A stretch of 64,000 bases of DNA from contig JBEKOM010000001.1 of assembly GCA_049521795.1 (NCBI GenBank), positions 608,001-672,000 on the forward strand, given 5' to 3'. The DNA comes from Candidatus Bathyarchaeia archaeon. Its GTDB lineage: Archaea > Thermoproteota > Bathyarchaeia > Bathyarchaeales > Bathycorpusculaceae. Shown one piece after another: positions 18,380 to 27,860 of the stretch; positions within the stretch are counted from its first letter, which is position 1; each line of letters starts with the position of its first letter. Made by a program: the position numbers and the translations under genes. A model generated the notes under the pieces. The model was not told where the DNA came from, searched no databases, and saw only the letters and a program-made list of their open reading frames with translations.

Positions 18380-19087
18380 TTGCTGAACCCACAACTTAGA
18401 GAGTTGGCGAACAAGATCCGTGACAAGTCTCTTCGAAAGAAAACCATCGCTTTGCTTGAGGCACCAACATTCGAAGCAAACGGCAAAACGTACTCGGGAA
18501 TGCCTCTTGAAATCTCGCCGGCTGGGAGAATCCGCCATCATTCCTACCCTGGAGGTTACATGGAGCATGTTGTTTCAGCGACAAACATCGCATTAGCAAT
18601 GTGTGAATCTGCGGAGAAGATCTACCGTGGGAAAGTGAACCATGACCTCGTCATAGCTGGGATGTTGTTGCATGACGTTTTCAAGCCGGCAACATACTTC
18701 GTGAACAAGGACGGAAGTTACGGGTCGACACCTCTGGCAGATTATCTGGATCACCTGTTGATTGCAACTTCAGAGCTTGTTCGAAGAGGTTTCCCGCTGG
18801 AGTTGATTCACATAGTGGCCGCCCATCACGGAGAGTACGGCCCGATTAGGCCTCGAACGCTTGAAGCCTTGATCTGCCACCTAGCAGACTTTGCGGACTC
18901 GCGACTTAACGGTGAAGTCTTGAGCGCGGCGGCCTACCTGACGAGAAGGGTTGCCGGTCAGGAACTGTTTGGAATGACTTCGAAGGAAGCCTTCGAAATA
19001 GTCCATTCGAAGTCTGTCGAAGGTTGGGAAGGCGTTGCAAGAACTGTGGAAAGGTTAAGCCGCAAGAAGAAAGGGCGCAAGCCTTAA
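18380..19087 (+). CDS. HD-domain phosphohydrolase (YhaM-like HD domain, no OB fold)
   Basis: HHSYPGG..EH, LLHDVFK, AHHG and EALICHLADFADS motifs. Confidence 0.88.
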   Translation: MLNPQLRELANKIRDKSLRKKTIALLEAPTFEANGKTYSGMPLEISPAGRIRHHSYPGGYMEHVVSATNIALAMCESAEKIYRGKVNHDLVIAGMLLHDVFKPATYFVNKDGSYGSTPLADYLDHLLIATSELVRRGFPLELIHIVAAHHGEYGPIRPRTLEALICHLADFADSRLNGEVLSAAAYLTRRVAGQELFGMTSKEAFEIVHSKSVEGWEGVARTVERLSRKKKGRKP

Positions 19088-19128
19088 TAGTTGACTCAAA
19101 TGAGAAGAGCCAAAAAGGTGATTGGCAG

Positions 19129-19455
19129 ATGGAGATATCGTTTGAGGAGTTTCAGAAGCTTGACATTCGCGTCGGGAAAATCTTGGAAGCGAATCAGATT
19201 CCAGGCTCCCGAAACCTCATTAGAATAATTGTTGACTTTGGAACTGAAAAGAGACAGGCGGTTGCAGGGCTGCTGCAATGGTACAAGCCTGAACAGCTCG
19301 TGGGCAAGAAATGCGCCTTCATCCTCAATTTACAAAGACGAAAACTCATGGGAATAGAATCACAGTGCATGATCTTCGCGGCCGAAGACGACAAAGGTAA
19401 TGTTGTGATCCTTCAACCAGAGAAGGATATTGCTGAAGGCAGCAAGGTACACTAA
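19129..19455 (+). CDS. Stand-alone tRNA-binding OB-fold protein (Trbp111/CsaA/MetRS C-terminal-like)
   Basis: ISFEEFQKLDIRVGKI and NL..RKLMGIESQCMI motifs. Start at ATG 19129 after GGTGA. Confidence 0.9.
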   Translation: MEISFEEFQKLDIRVGKILEANQIPGSRNLIRIIVDFGTEKRQAVAGLLQWYKPEQLVGKKCAFILNLQRRKLMGIESQCMIFAAEDDKGNVVILQPEKDIAEGSKVH

Positions 19456-19470
19456 TCTGGGCAACTTTTC

Positions 19471-20730
19471 TTAGCCAGTCAATTTGGTTATTGCCTCAGC
19501 TTTTTCTTCGCTTCCAGCTACGTATTCAACCATTTCCTGGTCTAGGTCAAGCCACTTGGCAAGTCCAGCCGCCATGTTCACGTTGTTATTGAAGATGATT
19601 TCCAAGTAGGGAAGTACCTCTTTCGATGCTCTGACAGCTGAAATGTGGCACCTTCGCTTGATCTTGGCTCCTATGCTGCGCTGAATCGCACGTTCAGCCC
19701 TGGACCTGGACAACATCTGTATGCGTTGGGGAAACTTGAACGGTATCCACCCAGATGTTTTAGTGCCCTGTCTAGCCATGGCCACGCCGGCGGTCATGAA
19801 GTCAACTACATAACGCAAGAAGCTCCAGTCTCGAGTTGCACGGATTCTGCCACGATAGACATCCGCCACTGCCAATGCATCCATGGCATTAGCGAGGTCA
19901 TGCGGGTCTGTAAAGTGAGCTGGAACGTTCTCATAGATCCATTCAAAAAGCATGTCAACGTCAACGTCAGCCATGTCCACTGCCTGCTTTGCGCCGAAGC
20001 ATGTTTTACCGTAGAAGATCATTCTTAACACGTTGAAAATGCTGTCTTGTCGGTCGCGGTAGCCAAGCCACGAAACATCTTCGTAGGTTAGCCTCTTTTT
20101 ATCCTGTCCGAGAGCCTGAAGGTCGTTCACTGCTGAACGTATGTCGCCTCCAGAGCGTTGAGCTATTAACTTAAGCGCGTTTTCATCTGACTGTATTCCC
20201 TCTTTTTCGCAGATCTTTTTCAGGTGTTTCGCGACTTCGTTTGCAGGCGGTTTCTTGAACTCTATGAGAAGGCAATAGTTGCGAAGGCTAGAAAAACGAG
20301 GCTCGTACGCGTTGTTGGCGGTCAGAACGATAGGGCACTGTGCAGTTTTCACGACATCAGTTATCGCTTTGACGCCTCCCCGGTCTGCAGTTCCAGTTAA
20401 ACCGTCTAGTTCGTCTAGAAGGATGATTCTTTTTCCGCCGAACAAAGATCCATACTGCGAAGCGAGGCCAGCAAAGCGGTTTATCGCTTCTTCGGTTCGG
20501 TAGTCGCTGGCGTTGTTCTCTACAAACTCCATTTTATAGTCGTTTGCGGCAGTTTCCACGGTGACAGTTTTTCCAACGCCTGGCGGTCCATAGAGAAATG
20601 CGCATCTCTTTTTTGGTACGCCTTTTTCCCATGATTTTTTCCAGTTGACAAACTGCTGGATGGCTTCAGCGTTTCCTACGATTTCGGTCAGTGATTTTGG
20701 TTTATGTCTAACGGTCCATGCGTCGTACAA
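19471..20730 (-). CDS. rfcL: Replication factor C large subunit
   Basis: W...HKP, GPPGVGKT, NASDYR, DELDG and GDIRSAVNDLQ motifs. Confidence 0.95.
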   Translation of the reverse strand: MYDAWTVRHKPKSLTEIVGNAEAIQQFVNWKKSWEKGVPKKRCAFLYGPPGVGKTVTVETAANDYKMEFVENNASDYRTEEAINRFAGLASQYGSLFGGKRIILLDELDGLTGTADRGGVKAITDVVKTAQCPIVLTANNAYEPRFSSLRNYCLLIEFKKPPANEVAKHLKKICEKEGIQSDENALKLIAQRSGGDIRSAVNDLQALGQDKKRLTYEDVSWLGYRDRQDSIFNVLRMIFYGKTCFGAKQAVDMADVDVDMLFEWIYENVPAHFTDPHDLANAMDALAVADVYRGRIRATRDWSFLRYVVDFMTAGVAMARQGTKTSGWIPFKFPQRIQMLSRSRAERAIQRSIGAKIKRRCHISAVRASKEVLPYLEIIFNNNVNMAAGLAKWLDLDQEMVEYVAGSEEKAEAITKLTG

Positions 20731-20739
20731 GTCTAGCAC

Positions 20740-21711
20740 CTATTCTGCGTTCTTTAGTTTGTCACCTTCTTCAACAAGCTTGGCCAATAGTGCGCTCAAC
20801 TGCACTTCTTCGTCCGCGCCCTCGACAAGTCTATAGTCCACTTCACCAACGATGTCGGCGAGCCTGATCTTCCACTTTTCAGGCGTGTCTGATCTGAAGA
20901 TTTCTGTGTGGATTTGGCGAATGAGGTCACTTCCAGACACGCCGTATTTCTGGATCATTTCGCGCAACTGCTTTCTCGATTCCACAAAATCGCCGTCTAT
21001 AGCAACCTTGATCATTTTTTGCACGTCTGCCGGACTGGCCCTTCCAGTTATTGAGTACACGATTTTTGCATCTATGGGTTTACTCAACGACGCGGCTGAC
21101 TGCAGAGTGTTGATTGCCTTTCTCAAGTCTCCGCCACAGACTTCAAAGATAGCGTCTAAGCCATCGGATGAGATCTTCAATTTTTCTTTTTCAGCAATCT
21201 CCTTCAAGTAACGGTCCTGCTCTTCTCTTGGCAAATGAGTGAAACGAAAAGGTGCGCATCTTGATTGAATGGGTTCTATTATTCTTCCGCTATAGTTTGC
21301 GCACAGGACGAAGCGGCATGTTTCCGTGAAGCGTTCCATCGTCCGCCTGAGAGCTTGCTGTGCGTCTGAGGTCATGTTGTCCGCTTCGTCTAGAATCATT
21401 ATCTTAAACGGGATGTCTCCGATGGATCTCACTCTAGCGAAAGTCTTCACAGTTTCTCGAACAACATCAATTCCTCTTTCGTCACTTGCGTTTAACTCCA
21501 TAGTGTGCTCTCTGTACGCGTCTCCGTAAAGATCTCTTGCTAGGCAGAGAGCAGCCGTTGTTTTTCCCGTTCCAGGCGGGCCAGCAAAGATGCAATGCGG
21601 CACGTTTCTTGACTTAGTGAAACTCTTTAAGCGTTCGACAATCTCCTTTTGATCGACCATCTCGCTTAACTTTTTGGGCCTGTACTTTTCAGCCCACATC
21701 TCAAAACTCAA
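20740..21711 (-). CDS. rfcS: Replication factor C small subunit
   Basis: WAEKYRP, GPPGTGKT, LNASDERG, DEAD and SRC motifs. No intein. Confidence 0.97.
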   Translation of the reverse strand: MSFEMWAEKYRPKKLSEMVDQKEIVERLKSFTKSRNVPHCIFAGPPGTGKTTAALCLARDLYGDAYREHTMELNASDERGIDVVRETVKTFARVRSIGDIPFKIMILDEADNMTSDAQQALRRTMERFTETCRFVLCANYSGRIIEPIQSRCAPFRFTHLPREEQDRYLKEIAEKEKLKISSDGLDAIFEVCGGDLRKAINTLQSAASLSKPIDAKIVYSITGRASPADVQKMIKVAIDGDFVESRKQLREMIQKYGVSGSDLIRQIHTEIFRSDTPEKWKIRLADIVGEVDYRLVEGADEEVQLSALLAKLVEEGDKLKNAE

Positions 21712-21925
21712 CCTGAATTATCCTCCTGGCTTATACCTAGTTTTCATGTGCTAATAAAAGTATATTTGAGCAGAAAAGCCTGCATTCCTCTGTTTTCGTG
21801 GCTTTGTGTTGGAAAAATCGTTGGTTCTGAAGGATGTTTTCTTTCCCGCCTAAAGTAACGCTTAAATGCTGACTGATTTTACTCACTGTGCGCTAAAAAC
21901 TGGAAATTTGAAGGGAGAGAGAAAA

Positions 21926-23533
21926 ATGTCGGAACGTGTGCATAAAAACAGTGCTTATCTGAACGGCAAGTCAACGTGTGGAACGCAAACGCGTGTCAAA
22001 GATACAAGCCCGACTAGCGGAATGTGCCCAATTTGCATTCGAGACTGTCCATTCTTGTGCGAAATAAGCATGTCAGCTTTCAGAGGAAGAGAGGCACTTT
22101 ATCCGGAACCGGTACAGTTTGGTTACAGCACCGCTGGTGCGCTGAAAGACTTCGGTTTGGACTGGTCGCACTTCAACGTACAAGCAGGCCTTTTCGATGC
22201 GCAGGGCATTGAGCCTAACTCGGACCTGACCGTTTTCCCGAACGTGAACATAGAGACCAAAGTAGGCGGCATACCGTTGAAAGTGCCGATCCTAAATGGT
22301 GCATTCGGTTCAACAGACGTTGCAAGACTGAACTGGGAAGGCTTGGCCGTCGGAGCTGCGCTCTCTGGTGCGTCCGTAATCGTTGGAGAGAACGTTTGTG
22401 GTATGGACGCTAACGCCCAGATCACAGGTGGAAAAGTCACCCATTCGGAAGAGTTGAAGCGAAGAGTGGATCTGTTCCGAAAGTTCTGGGACAAGAAGTA
22501 CGGAGAAGTGGTGGTTCAAACAAACGTGGAAGATCAGAGGCTTGGCGTCGATGTCTACGCTATCTCGAAGCTGGAAGTGAACGTCATCGAGAGAAAGTGG
22601 GGACAGGGTGCGAAGGCAATTGGCGGCGAAGTGCGAGTCAGAGACTTGGAAAAAGCCATACTGTTGAAGAAGAGAGGCTACATCGTGATTCCAGATCCGG
22701 AAGACAAGGCTGTTCAAGAAGCTTTCAAGGATGGAGTATTCAAGTCCTTTGAAAGACACAGCAGAGTGGGCATTCCAAAGGAGAAAAGCTTTGTCGAGGA
22801 CATAGAGTGGCTGAGAAAGCAAGGCGCAAAGCACGTAACGCTGAAAACAGGGGCCTACAGGCCTTCAGCCGTCGCATGGACTATGAAGATAGCGTCTGAG
22901 GCAAAGATCGATTATGTGTCATTCGACGGTGCAGGCGGCGGAACAGGCATGAGCCCTGTGCCGATGATGGACGAAATGAGCATACCGACAGTCTACCTGG
23001 AAGCTCTGGTTCTAAAATGTGCACAGATACTGAAGAAGAAGGGCCGCTATGTTCCAGACTTGGTTATGGCAGGAGGCTTCATAGAAGAGACATCGATCTT
23101 CAAGGCGATAGCGATGAGCAACTTCGGAGAAGGCCCGTTCATCAAAGCAGTGCTTCTCGGACGCTCGCCGATAACTGCAGCTTTCAAAGGAAGCTACTTC
23201 AAGCAGCTGGCTGAAGAGGGGAAGCTGCCAAAAGCATTCGCAGACAAGTTCGGAGCTACACCGGACAAATTCTTTATTGCCGCACCAGATTTGAAGACCA
23301 AGTACGGAGCACGCTTCAAAGATATTCCATGGGAAGCCGTAGGAGTCTACACCTACCTAACTGACAGAATAGGCGTCGGGCTCAAGCAAATGCTGGCTGG
23401 AAACAGAAAGTGGAAGCTGGATCTCATCAGCAGAAACGACCTGATGAGCCTGTCTGAAAGAGCTGCAAGAGTTACAGGCGTACCGATGCCAGACGAAGTA
23501 GAAAAGGATGCAGTCGAAAAAATCCTCGGCTAG
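21926..23533 (+). CDS. Stand-alone FMN-binding glutamate synthase family protein
   Basis: KWGQGAKAIGGE, DGAGGGTGMSP and MAGG motifs, with an N-terminal CxxCxxxCxxxC. Confidence 0.88.
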   Translation: MSERVHKNSAYLNGKSTCGTQTRVKDTSPTSGMCPICIRDCPFLCEISMSAFRGREALYPEPVQFGYSTAGALKDFGLDWSHFNVQAGLFDAQGIEPNSDLTVFPNVNIETKVGGIPLKVPILNGAFGSTDVARLNWEGLAVGAALSGASVIVGENVCGMDANAQITGGKVTHSEELKRRVDLFRKFWDKKYGEVVVQTNVEDQRLGVDVYAISKLEVNVIERKWGQGAKAIGGEVRVRDLEKAILLKKRGYIVIPDPEDKAVQEAFKDGVFKSFERHSRVGIPKEKSFVEDIEWLRKQGAKHVTLKTGAYRPSAVAWTMKIASEAKIDYVSFDGAGGGTGMSPVPMMDEMSIPTVYLEALVLKCAQILKKKGRYVPDLVMAGGFIEETSIFKAIAMSNFGEGPFIKAVLLGRSPITAAFKGSYFKQLAEEGKLPKAFADKFGATPDKFFIAAPDLKTKYGARFKDIPWEAVGVYTYLTDRIGVGLKQMLAGNRKWKLDLISRNDLMSLSERAARVTGVPMPDEVEKDAVEKILG

Positions 23534-23544
23534 CACCAACCCTA

Positions 23545-23561
23545 TTTTTCTTTTTTGATTT
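23545..23561 (+). terminator. Putative oligo-T archaeal terminator
   Basis: TTTTTCTTTTTTGATTT shortly after the stop codon. Confidence 0.4.
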
Positions 23562-23616
23562 CTAAGCGACGCGCAACATTAATAACGTCAAGCAGACCTG
23601 AGGATCGCTGGAGTAA

Positions 23617-24873
23617 TTGTCTATGGTAGGGACGCAGACAGCCTTAGCAGTCGCATTGGAGCAGTTGAGAATAGCTGCTGAGAAACTTGACCTTGACCCC
23701 GGATTGCACTGTATGTTAGCACGTCCCAAGAGATCCCTTATAGTCTCCATCACGGTGAAAATGGACGATGGCAACATTAACGTTTTTACCGGTTGTCGAG
23801 TGCAGCATTGGGATGCGAGAGGCCCGTTCAAGGGTGGAATAAGGTATCATCCGAACGTCACGTTTGATGAGGTCACTGCCCTAGCGATTTGGATGACGTG
23901 GAAATGTGCGGTCGTGGACATTCCGTACGGCGGCGCCAAGGGTGGAGTGTGCTGCAACCCGAAAAAAATGTCGAAAGGCGAGCTGGAACGGCTCACTAGA
24001 CGATTCACGACGCTTCTCTATGATTTTATAGGGCCGTACCGCGACGTGCCCGCACCGGACGTGTACACCGACGCTCAAACCATGGCTTGGATAATGGACA
24101 CCTACAGCCAGATCAGAGGTTACAGCGTCCCAGAATGTGTCACGGGGAAACCCATAAGCGTCGGCGGTTCAGAAGGCAGAGCTGAAGCCACCTCGCTCGG
24201 CGTGGTAGTGTGCGCAAGAGAAGCAGCGAAGCAGATGGGCCTGAAGCTCAGAGGAGCCACGGTCGCGGTGCAAGGCTTTGGCAATGTGGGCTGGAACGCT
24301 GCCAAGATAGCCTATGACCTTGGCTCCAAAGTCGTCGCACTGAGTGATTCAGTAGGAGGAATCTACTCTGCAAGGGGTCTGAACCCTTACGATGTCTACA
24401 AGCACAAATCGAAAACGGGTTCGGTGATCAACTACAAGGGGAGCCAGAACATAACGAACGAGGATGTCCTTGAAGCAAAATGCGAAATACTTATCCCCGC
24501 AGCCTTAGAAAACCAGATAAAGAAAACGAACGCAGACAAGATCAAAGCCAAAATTGTTGTTGAGGGTGCAAACGGGCCGACATCGCCTGAAGCCGACAGG
24601 GCTCTTCACGAGAAGGGAATCGTTCTCATTCCTGACATCTTGGCAAACTCTGGGGGCGTTGCCACAAGCTATTTTGAGTGGGTTCAGAATCTGACGCGAG
24701 AACATTGGACGTTGGAGGATGTGAACCGGAAACTGGAAGGCAAGATGATCAAAGCCTTCAATGACGTTCACAAGACGGCCGAGAAAGAGGAGAGTGACAT
24801 GCGAACAGCCGCATTAATGCTCGGTGTGGGAAGAGTAGCTGAGGCGATTAAGACGCTGGGTCTCTGGCCGTAA
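23617..24873 (+). CDS. gdhA: Glutamate dehydrogenase
   Basis: GPFKGGIRYHP, GGAKGG, DVPAPD, QGFGNVG and EGANGP motifs. Confidence 0.95.
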   Translation: MSMVGTQTALAVALEQLRIAAEKLDLDPGLHCMLARPKRSLIVSITVKMDDGNINVFTGCRVQHWDARGPFKGGIRYHPNVTFDEVTALAIWMTWKCAVVDIPYGGAKGGVCCNPKKMSKGELERLTRRFTTLLYDFIGPYRDVPAPDVYTDAQTMAWIMDTYSQIRGYSVPECVTGKPISVGGSEGRAEATSLGVVVCAREAAKQMGLKLRGATVAVQGFGNVGWNAAKIAYDLGSKVVALSDSVGGIYSARGLNPYDVYKHKSKTGSVINYKGSQNITNEDVLEAKCEILIPAALENQIKKTNADKIKAKIVVEGANGPTSPEADRALHEKGIVLIPDILANSGGVATSYFEWVQNLTREHWTLEDVNRKLEGKMIKAFNDVHKTAEKEESDMRTAALMLGVGRVAEAIKTLGLWP

Positions 24874-25032
24874 TGGCGCAGAAACACTTTCAGTCCTCTT
24901 TTTTCTCTGAAGAGCAAGAGATCGGATGCAGTTTCCAACTTTGTTATGCTCTTTAATCTAAACTTTTAAACTGCTCTTCTTATATCTGCTCTAAGGACTT
25001 GCTTTAGAGTCAAGCGCTAGAAGGGACAGGAG

Positions 25033-25599
25033 ATGGCGAAGACAGCTTCGATGAGAATGGGCAGTCTGGACTTCATATTCATGAATTCGCCCGTGAGAAT
25101 TGTGGCCAACAGAAATTGTGCAGAGATCAAGCTTGCGGGGTTGAGTATTGGGCCCTTCGAGGAAGGAAACGAGTACGAGGTTAGTTATTGGGTGGCTTCA
25201 GAGCTTGCAAAATCTGGAATTGTTCACTTTCACGCGGAAGACCAGCTTGACACTGGTAGGTTGGGCAAGATTCAGTGGACAGAGCGTGTTCAAACGGCTG
25301 GGCAGGTGTCTAAGCTTCCTGAGGGTTTTTATCCGAGGCTTCGGCGGTGTCTTGCAGAGCTGCGAGAAGGCGCTGCCAACAACCCGGAGAAGATGAGGGA
25401 GTATGAAAGAGCTGATCAGTTGGCGACGGACATCGTTAATTCAAGGTTGAGGAAGGTCGTGTCGATCGCGTCGGCGCCGGCGCAGACTGAGAGCAGGCTG
25501 AGAGACTTCACTGCAGAGGAGAGGCTTCTGTACGAGCGGCTTTTCAGCGTTATCAATCATTGGAAGACGAAGATACTGAAGCGCGCGGAAGGGGAGTAG
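25033..25599 (+). CDS. GINS23 (Psf2/3-like) subunit
   Basis: N-terminal B domain with WVA, then LPEGFY, RLRKVV and TAEER..Y. Directly upstream of MCM. Confidence 0.85.
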   Translation: MAKTASMRMGSLDFIFMNSPVRIVANRNCAEIKLAGLSIGPFEEGNEYEVSYWVASELAKSGIVHFHAEDQLDTGRLGKIQWTERVQTAGQVSKLPEGFYPRLRRCLAELREGAANNPEKMREYERADQLATDIVNSRLRKVVSIASAPAQTESRLRDFTAEERLLYERLFSVINHWKTKILKRAEGE

Positions 25600-27636
25600 A
25601 TGGTGGAAGAACTGGAAGTTGGAGACCCGCAGGAGCGTTTCCAGAATTTCTTGAAGACTGAACAGTACCGGCAGAGGCTTTCGCAGATGGCTATGTCTGG
25701 AAAGACATCTTTGACGGTTGATTTTGAAGACCTCTTGGCTTTTGACCAGAAGCTGACTGAAGAGCTTCTTGAAAGGCCCGACGAGTACTTGAAGCATGCT
25801 AGCAACGCGGCCTATGCGCAACTGCAGATTGAAGACCCTGAGTACGCAGAAAAGATCGAGGGGTTAGTTGTCCGAATTGTGAAGCTCTTAGAAGCGGCGC
25901 CGCTGCGAAAGCTCGGCTCAAAGCAGATAGGCAAACTTGTCATGGTTGAGGGCATAGTTGTTCGCTCGTCGCCGGTGCGGCCGATGGTGATGCAGGCCGT
26001 TTTCAAGTGTAAGAGGTGCGGGACGACGAACCCGGTGAACCAAGTAGGCACCTTTCTCCGAGGGCCTTTTGCTTGCACCAGTCCAGACTGTGGGTCTAAG
26101 GGTCCTTTCGAGTTCGTTCAGGAGGAATCCACTTTCATAGACTCACAAGACCTGCGGATTCAGGAGAGGCCAGAAGACCTTCCGCCGGGGCAGTTGCCCC
26201 GAACGTTAGGCATCAAGCTTGTCGGAGAGGAGATCGTTGACATTGCTAGGCCCGGTGACGATGTCTCCTCTGTGGGTCAGGTTCGTGCTCAGGCATCGAC
26301 GCTTCCGGGGGTTGGGAAGCTTCGCACGTTCATTCTTCACTTGGAAGCTAACTCGATCGAGGTGTTGGGCAAGGAGCCTGAGACTGCTATGCCGTCGCCT
26401 GAGGAGGAGGAGAAGATCGTTGCGCTTGCGAAGGACCCTTGGGTGCATCGAAAAATAGTGAGTTCGATTGCTCCGTCGATTTATGGTTACGATCACATCA
26501 AGGAGGCGATTATGTACCTTCTCTTCGGCGGAGTGCCCAAGACTCTGCCGGACATCACGATACGAGGTGAGATGAACGCCTTGTTGGTTGGGGACCCTGG
26601 GACTGCCAAGTCTCAGCTGTTGATGTACGTTGCGCGGATCGCGCCGCGCGGATTGTACACTTCTGGCCGTGGCACGACCGCTGCGGGCTTGACTGCTGCG
26701 GTGATCAGGGAAAAGGGCGGCGGGATGAGTCTTGAAGCCGGGGCCTTGGTGCTGGCTGACAAGGGAATCGCCTGCATCGATGAGATGGACAAGATGCGCC
26801 CAGAGGACAGGGTGGCCATTCATGAGGCTATGGAGCAGCACACGGTTTCAGTGGCGAAGGGCGGCATCGTTGCTACGCTTAACGCGAGGGCGGCTATACT
26901 TGCAGCGGCGAACCCTGCGTTGGGGAGGTACGAGCCGCATCGCACGGTCGCTGAGAACATCTCACTGCCGGTTACGATACTTTCCAGGTTTGACCTGATC
27001 TTTGTTCTGAGAGACGTTCCGAACAAGGAGTCAGACAGCAAGATGTCGCTGCACATCCTTGAGCTTCATAGGAAGGGTTCAAGCCCGGTTGAGCCGCCGA
27101 TCTCTGCGGAGCTACTGCGGAAGTACATCAGTTATGCTAAGAGCGTCAAGCCTGTGTTGACTGATGAGGCTTTGAAGCGTCTGAACGATTTCTACTTGGC
27201 TATGCGAGCGGCAAGCGAGACTGAGGGCTCGCCCGTTGCGATCACCGCGCGTCAGTTGGAGTCGCTTGTTCGCACGGCCGAGGCAAGAGCCCGCGCGGCT
27301 CTAAGAAAGGAGGTGCTGGCTGAGGACGCTGAGGCTGCGGTTGCGATAATGAAGAAGTCGCTGGAGGAAGTTGGGATAGACTTGTCTTCCTACAAAATAG
27401 ACATAGACATCATAATGACAGGAAAGTCCAAGAGCATGAGGGACAGGCTGCAAGTGATCCTGACCACGCTGATGGACATGGAAAAGCAAACGGGAATGGT
27501 TGAAAGGGCCGCGTTAGAAACTGAGCTTGAAGAGAAGTACAAGGTTTCGAGGAATGACGCGGAGCGCCTTCTCGGACAATTGCTACGGGAGGGCACGATC
27601 TACGAGCCCAGGGAAGGCTACCTGAAGAAGACATAA
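25600..27636 (+). CDS. mcm: Replicative helicase MCM
   Basis: Zn finger, GDPGTAKSQ, IDEMDKM, SRFD and C-terminal wHTH. No intein. Confidence 0.98.
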   Translation: MVEELEVGDPQERFQNFLKTEQYRQRLSQMAMSGKTSLTVDFEDLLAFDQKLTEELLERPDEYLKHASNAAYAQLQIEDPEYAEKIEGLVVRIVKLLEAAPLRKLGSKQIGKLVMVEGIVVRSSPVRPMVMQAVFKCKRCGTTNPVNQVGTFLRGPFACTSPDCGSKGPFEFVQEESTFIDSQDLRIQERPEDLPPGQLPRTLGIKLVGEEIVDIARPGDDVSSVGQVRAQASTLPGVGKLRTFILHLEANSIEVLGKEPETAMPSPEEEEKIVALAKDPWVHRKIVSSIAPSIYGYDHIKEAIMYLLFGGVPKTLPDITIRGEMNALLVGDPGTAKSQLLMYVARIAPRGLYTSGRGTTAAGLTAAVIREKGGGMSLEAGALVLADKGIACIDEMDKMRPEDRVAIHEAMEQHTVSVAKGGIVATLNARAAILAAANPALGRYEPHRTVAENISLPVTILSRFDLIFVLRDVPNKESDSKMSLHILELHRKGSSPVEPPISAELLRKYISYAKSVKPVLTDEALKRLNDFYLAMRAASETEGSPVAITARQLESLVRTAEARARAALRKEVLAEDAEAAVAIMKKSLEEVGIDLSSYKIDIDIIMTGKSKSMRDRLQVILTTLMDMEKQTGMVERAALETELEEKYKVSRNDAERLLGQLLREGTIYEPREGYLKKT

Positions 27637-27860
27637 AACACGTGAAACGGCTGACGCTACATCCCTTTATTCGCGTTTTTCCCCTTCTATTTTACCCCCC
27701 TCCCCCCTAGGGTACTGGTACTGCATATAGCCCTCGTTGAAGGACCTCGGGGCTAAGCGCGGGTTCCAGGCCGACCGTTTGCAAAGCGCTCGGCAGAGGG
27801 TCTGGGCAATAGTCGTAACTTTCAATGCGCTTGCCGGTAATCGCATGAACCCGCATACGC

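Noticed and set aside
20740-27636. Inteins in RFC-S or MCM
   Set aside because: Both proteins are normal length with contiguous Walker motifs.
27690-27830. Replication origin (ORB) downstream of mcm, suggested by a CCCCCCTCCCCCC tract and GTTCCAG
   Set aside because: No repeated full ORB consensus, no AT-rich unwinding element and no adjacent orc1/cdc6.
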